From positions 129,146,001-129,210,000 of the forward strand of contig OX597814.1 in NCBI GenBank assembly GCA_951406725.2: a stretch of 64,000 nt of DNA, given 5' to 3'. The position numbers and the translations under genes were made by a program. The stretch comes from Octopus vulgaris. Lineage: Eukaryota. This document shows positions 27,069 to 38,823 of the stretch, one piece after another (positions within the stretch are counted from its first letter, which is position 1; each line of letters opens with the position of its first letter). Under the pieces are notes generated by a model, which searched no databases, was not told the origin of the DNA, and saw only the letters and a program-made list of their open reading frames with translations.

Positions 27069-27667
27069 TGCTTCTGCTGACATCTTTAATTGTAATCTTC
27101 TCATTCAGCTCACCTGTAATTTGACAGATTGCATGTACTTTTACTCATGGAAAACAGTACATTGTAAAACATAATAGGAAACATACAGGAACATGTGAAT
27201 GATAGTATAATGTAATGAGCTTACTGTATATAGTGCTTAGATGCACTACAACTCATCAAAAAAAGTTAAAAATGGTGACAGAGGAGACATCATCATCATC
27301 ATCATTGTTTAATGTCCGCTTTCCATGCTAGCATGGATTGGACGATTTGACTGAGAATTGGCGGACCAGATGGCTGCACCAGGCTCCAATCTTGATCTGG
27401 CAGACATGTAAGGAGACATGTAAGTGAAATAGAGAAAGACCGTTATGAAGGCCAGAATTAAATGCACAGAGCAGAGAATAAAAGTGTCATAAAGAATAAG
27501 GGTGCGTAGGTATTCCAGGAGTAATGTTGGTGAATTTTGAGTAGCATGGAATCTTTGAAGGCTGCAGTGTCCTGACAATAAACAACAGATATTTATAGTT
27601 TATTCCATGTTTAGCATGACATTGTCTGATCTTGCTCATAATTGTTGGTGTATTTGTTTTAACAGCA

Positions 27668-27830
27668 CCCTTCGTTACTATATTTCTGACCAAAATACAC
27701 CCTCATGGCAATTAAATTCTAAAATAATCAAAATAACAATGGGTTCTAACGGCCGGGTATGGCCGGGTTGGTACTTTGAACCAAAAAATTGTTCGGCCGG
27801 CTACGGCCGGGTTAGTAACGAAAGGGTTAA
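27668..27830. mobile_element. piggyBac-like MITE with repeated subterminal ggccggg motifs
   Basis: cccttcgttact ... agtaacgaaaggg-ttaa. Confidence 0.7.
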
Positions 27831-28550
27831 GTGGGTCTTCAACATAACATCTTTCAAATTCTAGCATAATAGCTTTTTTTCTCCTAAGTTTTGTTTGAGC
27901 AAATACCAGCATTGGGACCTTCTTTTAATGTCTCATCTATCATACATTATCACCCTTCACATGACATATCCAAACCAACATAAGTTAATGTTCAATCTTA
28001 CATCAAAGCAATTGATTCCTGGCCATTATCTGAGCTCATTTGCACTCATCACCATCATCATCATTTAATATCCATGTTCCATACAGGCATGAATTAGATG
28101 GATCAATATGATCTGACTAGCCTGAGGACTGAGTTGGTCTCCTGTGTCTGCTTGGGCAAGATTTCTGACGTTTTGGGTAATATTCATTGTCACCATTGTT
28201 TAATATCAACTTTTCCTGGCTTGCATGGGTTGAATAGAATTTGCTGAGGCAGATTTTCTCTGGTCAGATGCCCTTCCTTTTGCCAACCCTCATCTGTTGC
28301 CAAATAAGGTAATATTTCCCTTTGACTAGATGTATCTCTGAAGATTGGAAACAAAGGACACTGCCTGCATGACAGTGACACTCGCTTACAACTATCATAT
28401 GATTTCAAGTGAAGGAGACTAACATACACACATATGCATATATGATGGGCTTTTTTTTGTTTCTTTCTATCATAGCCATTAATAAGGCCTTTGGTCAGCC
28501 CAAGGCTCACTCTTGCCTACAGTGTTACAGTGTGGAACTGAATTTGAAAC

Positions 28551-29108
28551 ATCATCATCATCGTTTAATGTCCGCTTTCCATGCTAACATGGGTTGGACA
28601 ATTTGACTGAGGTCTGGCGAACCAGATGGCTGCAGCAGACTCCAGTCTGATCTGGCAGTGTTTCTACAGCTGGATGCCCTTCCTAATGCCAACCACTCCG
28701 AGTGTGTAGTGGGTGCTTTTACATGCCACCGGCATGAAGGCCAGTCAGGCGGTACTGGCAATGGCTACACTCAAATGGTGCTTTTTATGTGCCACCTGCA
28801 CAGTAGCCAGTCCAGCGGCACTGGCATGACCTCACTCAAATATTTTTTCATGTGCCACCAGCACAAGTGCCAGTAAGGCAATGCAGGTAATGATCACACT
28901 CGAATGGTGCTTTTTATGTGCCACCGGCACGGAGGCCAGTTTGTTACTCTAGCAATGATCATGCTCATATGGTACTCTTAGTGCTCCACTAGCATGGATG
29001 CCAGTCATCGAATTTGATTTCGATTTCACTTGGCTCAACAGGTCTTCGCAAGTAGCGTTTGGTGTGCTTGCGAAGACCTGTTGAGGCAAGTGAAATCGAA
29101 GCCAAATT
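28551..29108 (-). mobile_element. Family D (RTE-tail) element with an internal ~60-70 bp tandem array and a 44-bp 5' fold-back
   Basis: (CAT)n tail at 28551, repeated ggtgctttttatgtgccacc units, inverted arms 29011-29054 / 29065-29108. Nested in an old family A SINE. Confidence 0.8.
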
Positions 29109-29789
29109 AGGTGCAAACTTCTTATACACACAACCATAGTTGTGAATTAAAAACTTAAAAGATGTTGGCATGAAACACAGCAAAGATGTGAGTAAGCCGT
29201 AAAAAGTGCATGTGTTAACTGGAAAAGTGATATGACTATCAGAACACAGAAATATGCTAACATGCTGGATACTATATACCCTGGTAGATAAAGCAAAACG
29301 TATATGTAACACAATGGAAAGCCTAATTTCAGATTAGGGAAGAAAAAAAAAATTTGGACACTAAAACAAAATTCAATTTTAATTTCTGACATTTGGAATT
29401 CGTGAAAATAATTGGCGAAGATTTTAAAATGGGTTTGTTTTAGATTTATGTAACTAAAGGTCATGGGGGAGTTGTTGAAACTACTAACAGCATAAATCAT
29501 AATTTAGTTTTTTGATATGTAAAAAAAAAAAAAACTAATATATTGATTTATTTATAATTTGGCTGATGTTTTTATTTTTCATCTTTTTTTTTCCATTTTT
29601 AATGAGTGGAAATTAGTTTTCTTGCTCCAGGATATAGCATAATGTGCATGTAACAGGATATAGACTTCTGGGAGCTTTGTAAATTTAATAACTTGGGTAT
29701 CATACATCACATAAAGCAAAGATATTGGTTTATTTTTTAGCAGGGGGGAGGTGACATGTGGGGAGGATATAACATAAAGGGTCAGTGTA

Positions 29790-30465
29790 TTATCTCAAGT
29801 GAGGGTGGGAGTAATTGAGGAATTGTGATGTTCATGCTTTTCTCAAATGCATTAATGGAAATCAACAGTTTATGGAAATCATGTTTATTACTGAAGGCAA
29901 ATACACTCTCGGACCATTGTACTTTGTAAAGCATATAACAGGAGTAGCCAAGTTGTGATCTTGAATTGGGCAGAGGATGTATGGCCTGTGGTCCCAGCCT
30001 TGTATGAACCTTGAAACTAATGTTCAGGTCATTTGGCCAATGCTGGCGGTATATTCTCCACATCATACAATGATGTACCGCTTGCGGTGGTGCTGGAGAG
30101 AGTAGAGTTTCAAGGTTTTAAGGTGGTCCTAGTAATCGAGATCAGTTATACCTTCAATTCATTTAGTGAGTGCCCTCTGGGGTGGTTCAATCCTTGAGAT
30201 GTTTTGTTTTGTATGAGGAGATCACAAGGGGCAGCAGTATTTGAGTTGTGGCCATACAAAGGAGGAGAAAAGTGGAATGATGACACCTTGTTCTCTGGAT
30301 CGGAAGGTTCTTATGATTCAGGAGCTCATTCTACGAGCTATATCGACCTTATTGTTGATGTGGGAACTCCAACTGAGATTGTTATCAACAATTACACCCA
30401 AGTCTCTTATATTATTAGACGCCATGAGCGGTTCCCTGGAAGGGAGTATGGCTGTTTTAGTATAG
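29790..30465 (-). pseudogene. CR1-group LINE ORF2 C-terminal fragment (RT thumb region), inactivated
   Basis: Manual translation: NIRDLGVIVDNNLSWSSHINNKVDIARRMSS*IIRTFRSRE...PQLKYCCPL*SPH...IEPPQRALTK*IEG...Y*DHLKTLKLYSLQHHRKRYII, then frameshift to MMWRIY. These are typical CR1/L2-group motifs with stops. Confidence 0.88.
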
Positions 30466-30541
30466 ACTTTATTATTATAAAATTATGTTTATAAATACGA
30501 ACATAAACTGCTACATAATTTTGCTCCATAAAGTGAATTGC

Positions 30542-30747
30542 TCAACCGTTTTGTTATTGTATTTCTTTTGTAATACATCAGCTTTGTTTCAATTAATTTT
30601 GAAAATGAAGAAGTATTTAGTAAAATAACTTTCTCAGTATTACATTAGAACATAAATTAACATGGAAGTTTCATGTAGATCTTTTAGTAACAGGAAATTT
30701 GTATCATGCAACCAGGAGCAGTCAGAGACTGGTATCAAAAGGGTTAA
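30542..30747. mobile_element. Degenerate piggyBac-like MITE
   Basis: Right end gtatcaaaaggg-ttaa. Body matches 23317-23544. Confidence 0.6.
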
Positions 30748-31728
30748 TCTTTACTTGTTGAAGGTGTTTTTATACCCAAACCATTAAGCTATGTGCTTTT
30801 ACATATATTGGATAATGTAGTCCTAAACACAATGGCTTCTATAAAACCTGGATTAGTTCAGGGCTATCATAGGACTAAAACAACAGCAACATTTAAACCT
30901 TGAAGTTGATTTGGTCTTAGGTCTGTTATGAGCCTTCAAGTTCATTAAGCTGAAGCTTATCCTGGTTTCTTGGCATATAAATAATTAAGAGTACAATACT
31001 CTCTGCTGAATGGGGTGCCAGTCCATGACAGGGTTAACTCTCTGTTATTGTTGGTATACATTTTTCATTTTAATGGACTGAAGCAACATGAAATGAAGTG
31101 TTTTGCTTGAAAACACAACACACAGCCTTGTCTGGGAATCAAAACTACAGTTTTATGATCTTAACTCCAATCACTGTACTATACACCTTGAAGCAAATAA
31201 TGACCCAAAATTCACTTAGTCATGAGGATTTATGAAAGACATATTTATCTTGTTATAGGAAGTTAGGATAAACCAACATAGATTCTGGTTGCTTCCACAA
31301 ACCTTTTAGAATGCTTAAACTCTGCATTTACAAACTAACAAGATTCTCATCAGATATGCAATTAACTTGCATCTTACATTAGTGTGTTGTACTTCCCCAT
31401 CTAGGTGGATATAGGCCACCAAGAGGTCACAGAAACTGAAATCTTGCTGAAAGTAATATTATTAATCAAATTTCTAGTTACTAAAAGAACCATTTCAGTT
31501 ACCAATTTGTTTTTTTGTTTTTTTTTACTTCTTTAAACATGTTATTGTAGTGTTTAGCTGACACATAAGCCTGCTTGTCTCTTCATCTGTCTTTTCTTTT
31601 ATTTCTTTTCTCTCTCTCTCTCATTCTTTCCTTTATTCCCCATATTAATATTTCCCTATGATAAAGGCTTTGATTATTCAAACTGTTGCCCCACATATAT
31701 ACTTTCTTGAAATTTCTGTCACCAAAAG

Positions 31729-31802
31729 TAGAAAATTTACATAAAGGAATCCTTTCAGGCAGACCGAGTTCCATACGGTTTGGTCGAAGAGCAGTTAAGT
31801 AA
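31729..31802 (+). CDS. Candidate alternative exon (V)ENLHKGILSGRPSSIRFGRRAVK*, or spliced at AA|gtaag
   Basis: Tandem AAG-TAG acceptor (31726-31731) plus an in-frame ctttcag acceptor at 31758. All are phase 1 and compatible with the 20869 donor. The donor gtaag at 31799 overlaps the stop codon. Confidence 0.5.
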
Positions 31803-32378
31803 GAAGAGATAAGTGCTTGCTAATGTCTAAATGCATGACACAGCATTAATGTATGCACTTACACATGAGCATCAGTAAATGCATCCAGCAATGAATAGAC
31901 AATCATTATTACTAAGTATCAACTTAACCAGAGCTACTATTATGTCTATTGTCGAGGATTTAGGAAGGTTTCACATGCACACATAACTATTGTGTGTGTT
32001 TCTATATATGTGTTTATGTGTGTATATAGATAGATAGATAGATAGATAGACAAACAGACAGATTGATCTATAGTGTGTCTGCTTGCAAAATGGAGAAAAA
32101 GTCATACAAAATACCATTTCTGAATTTTTCTGTTTCTATTTTCCATGAAGACTTTACACACAAAATCAGTGATTTGATTATATTTTTTCCTTTTTTTTCT
32201 TTCTTTTATCATTATTTTTTTGTCTTTTCTGGGTTTTTCCCTCCCCACCACCGACCACTCCTTTTCCTTCTTTGGTTTTTTATTTTCATTCTTGTTTCTT
32301 TCTTGCCTGTGAAAATTAACATTTCTACATCACTGCTAGTTAGTTTTGCCTTCAACAACTGTATCTTTTGTCCTGCAG

Positions 32379-32394
32379 TGTGGATATAGTATAG
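32379..32394 (+). CDS. Candidate tiny terminal exon (N)VDIV*
   Basis: Acceptor atcttttgtcctgcag. Phase 2 matches the 31798 donor. AATAAA near 32825. Confidence 0.4.
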
Positions 32395-32974
32395 ATATAT
32401 GTGTACGTAATTATTATTTTTTTTCTTCTTACTGAGCTTAGCTTTCAAAAGACTGTGGATAGCTATTTTCATATATATATATCAGTGTATGTGTATATAT
32501 ATATATATTGTAAGGAAGATATGTATGTAAGTGTATGTTAGTCCAAGTGTGCATATGTACATGCAACAATGCAAAATTTTAATCAATAAGTATCCAGTAG
32601 AAATATGACTCATGATAAATTTGTAGCATAACTGTAGTAAATGAAAAATTGCAGGTTGCTACAAACATGGAATGCTTAAGTATTCAAACTATTTACTCAA
32701 CACAGCTCATAAAATTTGGCTATAAAAATGTAATTGTTAAGAATTTAAGAATATTAAGGAATACTGTTTTCTTATAGTCTGTTTGTTTGTTCAATTATGC
32801 TAAATTGTCAAATTATTTTGCATTAATAAAAAATGTTGTGTAGTTAAGAAGCTTGCTTTTCAATCTTGTGGCTTTTGGTTCAATCCTACTGTACAGCACC
32901 TTGGGCTCTGGAAAGAGCAAACCCTTGTGAGTTTGGAAACTAAAAGAAGCTTATAATATAGGTGTCTGTGATTG

Positions 32975-33277
32975 TGTACTCTTGTCTACTCTTTTACTTG
33001 TTTCAGTCATTTGATTGTGGCCATGCTGGAGCACTGCCTTTAGTCGACCAAATTGACCCCAGGACTTATTCTTTGTAAGCCTAGTACTTATTCTATCGGA
33101 TACAGGAAGATACAGTGAGAGAAAGAGTACAACAGGGGTCGCCACCACTCCCTGCCAGAACCTCATGGAGCTTTAGGTGTTTTCGCTCAATAAACACGCA
33201 CAACACCCAGTCTGGGAATCAAAATTGTGATCCTCCAGCCGCGAGTCTGCTGCCCTAACCACTGGGCCATTGCGCCT

Positions 33278-33279
<2 letters not shown>
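32975..33279 (-). mobile_element. Chimeric SINE: family F head fused to family A tail
   Basis: 33100-33279 matches the heads at 49090 and 63180. 32975-33099 is the family A tail. Junction ctatcgg|atacagg. Confidence 0.75.
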
Positions 33280-33320
<41 letters not shown>

Positions 33321-34572
33321 GGCATCGATATATGGTTAAGAAGATTGCGTTCAAACCATCTTGTCTTTGAATCTGTGCTGCTGCTGTGCATCTTGGGCAA
33401 GAGTCTTTTAGTATAGCCCTAGGCTGTCTAAAACCTTGTAAGTGGATTTGGTAGATGGAAACTGTATGTCTAGTGATGAGGAAATATTACTTTGCTGGAA
33501 ATGGGTGAGTGTTGGTTACAAGACAGGCATCCAGCTATGTAAAATAATCTCAACAAATTCTATCCAACCCAAGCAAGCATAAAAATGTACTTTAAAATAA
33601 TAATAATAATAATTATTATTATCATTGTTATTTTTTATATGCATATTTAAGTATATATTTAATAGCTTCACAGTGATCAATGCATTAAAGTACAGATAAA
33701 ATAATGTCATATAATATACATGCAGAATACAATAGGAAGCATGTATATTAATGTTAAAATACATATCAACTCACTCACAAACACACGTGCACACATCACA
33801 ATGAGAAATGGATGTTAGATGGAATCCATTATAGTAGATTTATGAAAAAATTAATAAGACAAGATCAAAGAATGTTAGGTTCCACAGATGCTATGATGAA
33901 ATGCCAAGATATATGAGCAAATGGTGTATTCATCCAATTCCAGTTCAATTAGAATAAAATGGACATTAAAACAGTGACGATGATGAAGTAGTTTATTTGA
34001 TTTCACTCTTCAAGAAAATATATTAAATTCTTGACAACCTTGCATATAGTCCATAAAATCAATATCAACCACAAGAGACTGTCCTTGCCATTAACTTTTA
34101 CACATTTTATGTATGACTTCAAGAGTCTTACACCACAATCATTCATTTACAAAAGTACATACTCTCAGAAGTTTCTGATGTATTTCTCTGGAATTCCCCA
34201 ACAAATTTCCATCAGCTCTGTATTGTTTTTCTGTTTTTGTATCCTCTAAGTGTTCTTAGTTAAAATATTTATTATATTAATCTTCACAATATCAATGCCG
34301 ACAAATATTTATATTTCATTTTTTTCTCTTTTTCTTATTGTTTTGTTTTTTGCTATATTCTTTTGATGCATGCTTGTACAAATCCAACACTAATGCACAC
34401 ACATATGCATAAATATAACCTAACAGTTTTGGGTTCAGGAATGCTTTAATATATCTTGTGCAGATGTCTTCCAATGTAACCTCAGGCCAACCAATGCCTT
34501 TTAAATGTATTTGACAGATGGAAAGTCTGTCTTTCTCTCTCTCTCTCCCCCCTCCATATATATGTATACATG

Positions 34573-34965
34573 GGTGCAGGCATGGCTGTGTGGTAAGAAA
34601 CTTGCTCCCCAACCACATGGTTCCTGGGCCAGTCTCAATGCATAGCACCTTGGGCAAGTGTCTTCTACTATAGTCTCAGGCTGACCAAAGCCTTGTGATT
34701 GGATTTGGCAGATGGAAACTGAAAGAATCCCATCACACACACGTCATTGTGTGTCTGTCTTTGTGTCTCTCTTTGTCCCATCATTATCGCTTGACAACTG
34801 GTGTTGGTGAGTTTGCATTTCCATAACTTAGTGGTTTGGCAAACAATCAATAAAATAAGAACTAGGTTTAAGAATAAGCCCAGGGATTGATTTGTTAAAA
34901 AAAGCACTTCAGGATGGTACTCTAGCATGGCCACAATGAAATGACTGAAACAAATAAAAGAATAT
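34573..34965 (+). mobile_element. Older family A SINE
   Basis: caggcatggctgtgtggtaagaa...caccttgggcaagtgtcttctact...gcatggccacaatgaaatgactgaaac. Confidence 0.8.
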
Positions 34966-35244
34966 ATGACAAAAAGAATATGGACATTGACTTTGTACTC
35001 CTTTAATTCATCTACTACATATGTTTGATCATTCTTGTCAATTGTCTCACAGTGTTTTTGTTTATCATGCTGGCACTATGAGGTGCATCTACTGATTGGA
35101 TCTGTTGTGTGATGTCATGTATTGCCTGATACTGAAACATATGTAACATGTGAAGTAAAGGTATACCAACTCAATACTCATGTTCTTTTTCTTTTATCAT
35201 TACTGTGTTGTTTGTATTATGTCATTGCTTGTCTTTGACTGCAG

Positions 35245-35279
35245 AGGACCCATGTGAACACACAATGGTGGAAGTTTAA
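35245..35279 (+). CDS. Candidate alternative terminal exon (E)DPCEHTMVEV*
   Basis: Acceptor ttgcttgtctttgactgcag after a T-rich tract. Phase 1, compatible with the 20869 donor. Confidence 0.5.
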
Positions 35280-35626
35280 TGTGATTAACATTAAAGCCAA
35301 AACCTGAATAAGATAATTATATGTTGAGCACATACAGTTGTGTGTGTGTGTGTGTGTGTATGTGCTTTCTCTCATCTTGACAATTGTGTACTGATTGCAA
35401 GCAGAGTCACCATTCATACAAATGGCGCCGTTTGTTTGCAATCTTCTGTGAAAACATGTCCTGTCATTAGACTGTCCATTGTTTGGAGGGATAAAGGAAA
35501 TATTAACTTGCTTGGAAACAAGGAAGGGTTGGTAACAGAAAAAGCATCCAGCCATAGAAAATATTCCTTAAGCAAGTTTCATTGGACCTATGGAAGTCTG
35601 GAAAATTGGACCTTAAGATAATGATG

Positions 35627-35654
<28 letters not shown>

Positions 35655-35657
<3 letters not shown>

Positions 35658-35827
35658 GGTCCCGGGTTGATTCGGGGTTAACCACAGTAAGTAAGGTACT
35701 CAATACATAGCAGAGTAAAATTAATTTATTATATAGAAGGAGCTTCTACAGGACTAGTACTGTTTCATTCAAGAGAAATCTTCAGTGAATGAAACAGTAC
35801 TAGTCCTGTAGAAGCTCCTTCTATATA

Positions 35828-35833
<6 letters not shown>
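35655..35833 (-). mobile_element. Penelope-like element remnant with a perfect 48-bp inverted repeat and hammerhead core
   Basis: Arms 35724-35771 and 35786-35833 with a 14-nt spacer. Minus strand reads CTGAAGA-tttctcttgaat-GAAAC-agtacta-GTC. Sits inside (TA)n. Confidence 0.75.
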
Positions 35834-35876
<43 letters not shown>

Positions 35877-36096
35877 GACCATCATAGGTTTAAAAACAAC
35901 AATTAACATTTACATTGACATTCAAATCTTTAATAGAAATCGACTCATTCAATGGACTGGTGGGCTTGATTTCATATGTATTTGTGTGTGTGTATGCACA
36001 AATGGCAAGATGGTTGGTATGTTAGAGAATTTGTGCAGCCTATGTATATATGGAAAAATGGAAGTAAAAATGAGCATAATGATGAAATATAAGCAG

Positions 36097-36293
36097 TTAC
36101 TGAAAAGTTCCTGGCTTTAGGGGTATCACGAAAGGTTTGGTTGGAGGCCCAACTTTCTGTGTTCTTTTACAGGGCTTAGAAAAAATGAAGGGCTGCTGCA
36201 ATAAGTGTGTGTGTGTCTGAAATGGGAATATGTTGAATAAAATCATAGTTAACTGATCCTCCTGTATTTTCTTTTACCCAAAGCCAGGAACTT
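36097..36293. mobile_element. Mariner-like MITE remnant
   Basis: Inverted repeat aagttcctggcttt / aaagccaggaactt. Confidence 0.55.
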
Positions 36294-36948
36294 GTATGTT
36301 CTTATTTTATCTCACTAATGTTTTGGGATGATTTATCAGTGGTATTCTCAGGGACTTAGCATGTTTTGGACCTTTCAACATCAAACTTTGTTGCCCATTT
36401 GACCCAGTCAGGACTGGTATAGTCCTAGCTTGCATCCCAGAAGTAACAATCCACAGGGATGTCCTCTTTATTCAAAGTCATCTTGTGGCTTTTTTTACAG
36501 TTTTGGTAATAAAAGATATGCCCCCCCACTCCCTGCCAACTCTTTACTGCACTTGTAATACATATATAGTATACATAAATACATACATACACACACTTCT
36601 CATATTGATTTCAATTTGATTGCTTTCTTTTCAAAATTGCTTCATTAATAATAAAAAAATAACAATTAGAAAATTTACAGTAATAACCATAAATGAGGAA
36701 ATAAAAATTGGAGCACGATTCTTGATTCCTGTATTAGTGACCAGTTGATTGGCAGTGGTTCAGCTTGTTATTGGTTGATCGTTTTTTTGGTTGTTATTTT
36801 TTTTTCCTCTATGGTCATATTTAATTAAAGTTGTTACATTATTCAAGAACATATTGATAACATTAATTAAACATTTACTGTCTGCAGTAAATCAATGTAA
36901 TAGTGTACAAGATTTATTAGTAGTTCTGTACAGTTGCAGAGGATAAAT

Positions 36949-36979
<31 letters not shown>

Positions 36980-37279
36980 CAAAGAGATAGATTAATATAT
37001 GTTTAGTCTATATAGTAACGAAGTAGTGATTGTAGTAGTGGTGTGGTGTATATAATAGTATTGTAGTGAATATATTTGTAGTGTAGTGTTTTCTCTGGTC
37101 AGATCTGGTGGAGTTACCCTCTAGCATGCAGGTAGTTGGTCAAGCAACAAAGTTTCACCCATTGGGCCACCTTCCTTGTGATACATGTTTCTCTGAAGGG
37201 TAACTCTATCCCTTGTTATTGTTGACTTCTTTTCACTTAATGTAAACCCCAACTTTCTGTTTTGAACAACAACAACAAC

Positions 37280-37705
37280 AACCCTTTCTACTATATGTAC
37301 AAGGCCTGAAATTTTGGGGGAGGTGACTCGTTGATTACATTGTCTCCCAGTGTTTCACTGGTACTTAATTTATCAACCCCAAAAAGGATGAAAGGCAAAG
37401 TTGACCTTGGCGAGATTTGAACTTAGAATGTAGCAGCAGGTGAAATACCACTAAGCATTTTACCTGGTGTGCTATTGATTCAACCAGCTCACCATGTTAC
37501 CAACAATAGTAATGTAATCCTTTCTACTATGGGCAAAAGTCCTGGAATTTGGGGAGAAGGGTTGATATTTCATTGACCTTGAAAGTATGAAAGGCAAAGT
37601 TGACCTTAGTGGAATATGAACTCAGAACATGAAGACCTGGAAGAAGAAATGCTACTAAGCATTTTGTCTGGATATACTAATGATTCTGCCAACTCTCTGC
37701 CTCAG
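37280..37705 (-). mobile_element. Two older family B-related SINEs in tandem
   Basis: Two copies of atgaaaggcaaagttgacctt...gaact-agaa...ctaagcatttt. Confidence 0.7.
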
Positions 37706-38103
37706 TAATAATATTAATGATTGAGATGGTGATAACACTAATTCTTGATATCATTATATAAAAAAAAAAATTGGTGCTTGTGAATCTGTTGAGAAGGAAA
37801 AAATTGTTACTTGCATTAACATTTTACACACACACATACATATTTAGTGTGTGGTGTATTTGTAAATATTATTATGCACATGGTAAGTCTAGAAAGTAAA
37901 ATGAACTCAATACCTTTGGTAGAATAAATATTTAATATATTTGTTGCAGTTCTTTTAGCTTACCACATTCCATTACTCACTTTTATGTCTATATACATAC
38001 ACTTTTGAATATCTGTGTTTACAGAGAATGTTTATATATATCTCTTTAAGCTAGTGTTTTGATTTAAATATTTACCAAATATATTTCTCATTGTTTGTTC
38101 CAG

Positions 38104-38166
38104 AAACAGTCCACTACCACCCTGCTCCGGATATTGGGGCACCAGATTTAAGACAAGAAGCAGATG
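38104..38166 (+). CDS. 63-nt symmetric phase-1 internal exon (E)TVHYHPAPDIGAPDLRQEAD+G of the unidentified host gene
   Basis: Acceptor tttctcattgtttgttccag, consensus donor G|gtaagt, length a multiple of 3, open frame, GC-richer than flanks. Confidence 0.8.
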
Positions 38167-38416
38167 GTAAGTCTATCTTATGTTTAACCTAATTATTGAA
38201 ATTATGCTAGCCTAATGAAATTTTATTTTATTTGTTCTAGTCTCAGGATTTCTTGAGCATTATCTCAACAACAAACTGACCCCAGTACCTTTTTCAGGGG
38301 TACTTATTCAGTCAGTCCCATATACTAAAATCCTAAATTATGGTGATGTAAGCAAACCAACATCAGTTGCCAAGCAATGGTGGAAGACCAACACAAAGAC
38401 ACACACATAGAACATA

Positions 38417-38823
38417 CAGGAATGTAGCACCTAGGTAGGCAAGGTAGGTAGTGCCTACCTTAAATAAAATAGATCGATAGCAGTATGTTTTTTCTCATGG
38501 CAAAATGTGCACCTAATTCAATAAAATTATGAAGGTTAGTCTGATTACGATGCATAAAATGCAAAATGTTTCATCTTTTCGTAGATTAGGTAGGCATAAT
38601 TTGCCGCTGCTTTTCAATCTCAGTATTTTAGTTATGCATAATACTGCTGCAGTACACATGCAGTGTACACTCCTACGACACTGTTTTCTTTACATGCTAT
38701 AAAGGCAGAAGTAAATCTGCCTTCAACTTAGTCGTGCGCCTGTGTTTCGCTTATTTTTGTGTGTTTTATTACATAAGTGTCACCAACTGCCTCCCCTGAG
38801 TAATTACTGACAGCACATGCCTG
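38417..38823. mobile_element. Probable hAT-like non-autonomous DNA transposon inside an old family A SINE
   Basis: Termini caggaatgt...acatgcctg and subterminal aggtaggc/gcctacct motifs. No clear TSD. Confidence 0.45.

Noticed and set aside
28705-28995. CRISPR-like repeat-spacer pattern
   Set aside because: Eukaryotic context, the spacers are homologous to each other, there are no cas genes, and it lies inside a retroelement.
20211-29653. Acceptors at 20210, about 25103 (QQRPTVV* in phase 0) and 29630 (GYSIMCM* in phase 1)
   Set aside because: Plausible but unsupported. An attractive C-terminus can usually be found by choosing among three frames.
30204-30494. Plus-strand ORFs of 74-96 aa
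   Set aside because: Antisense shadow of the CR1 LINE fragment.
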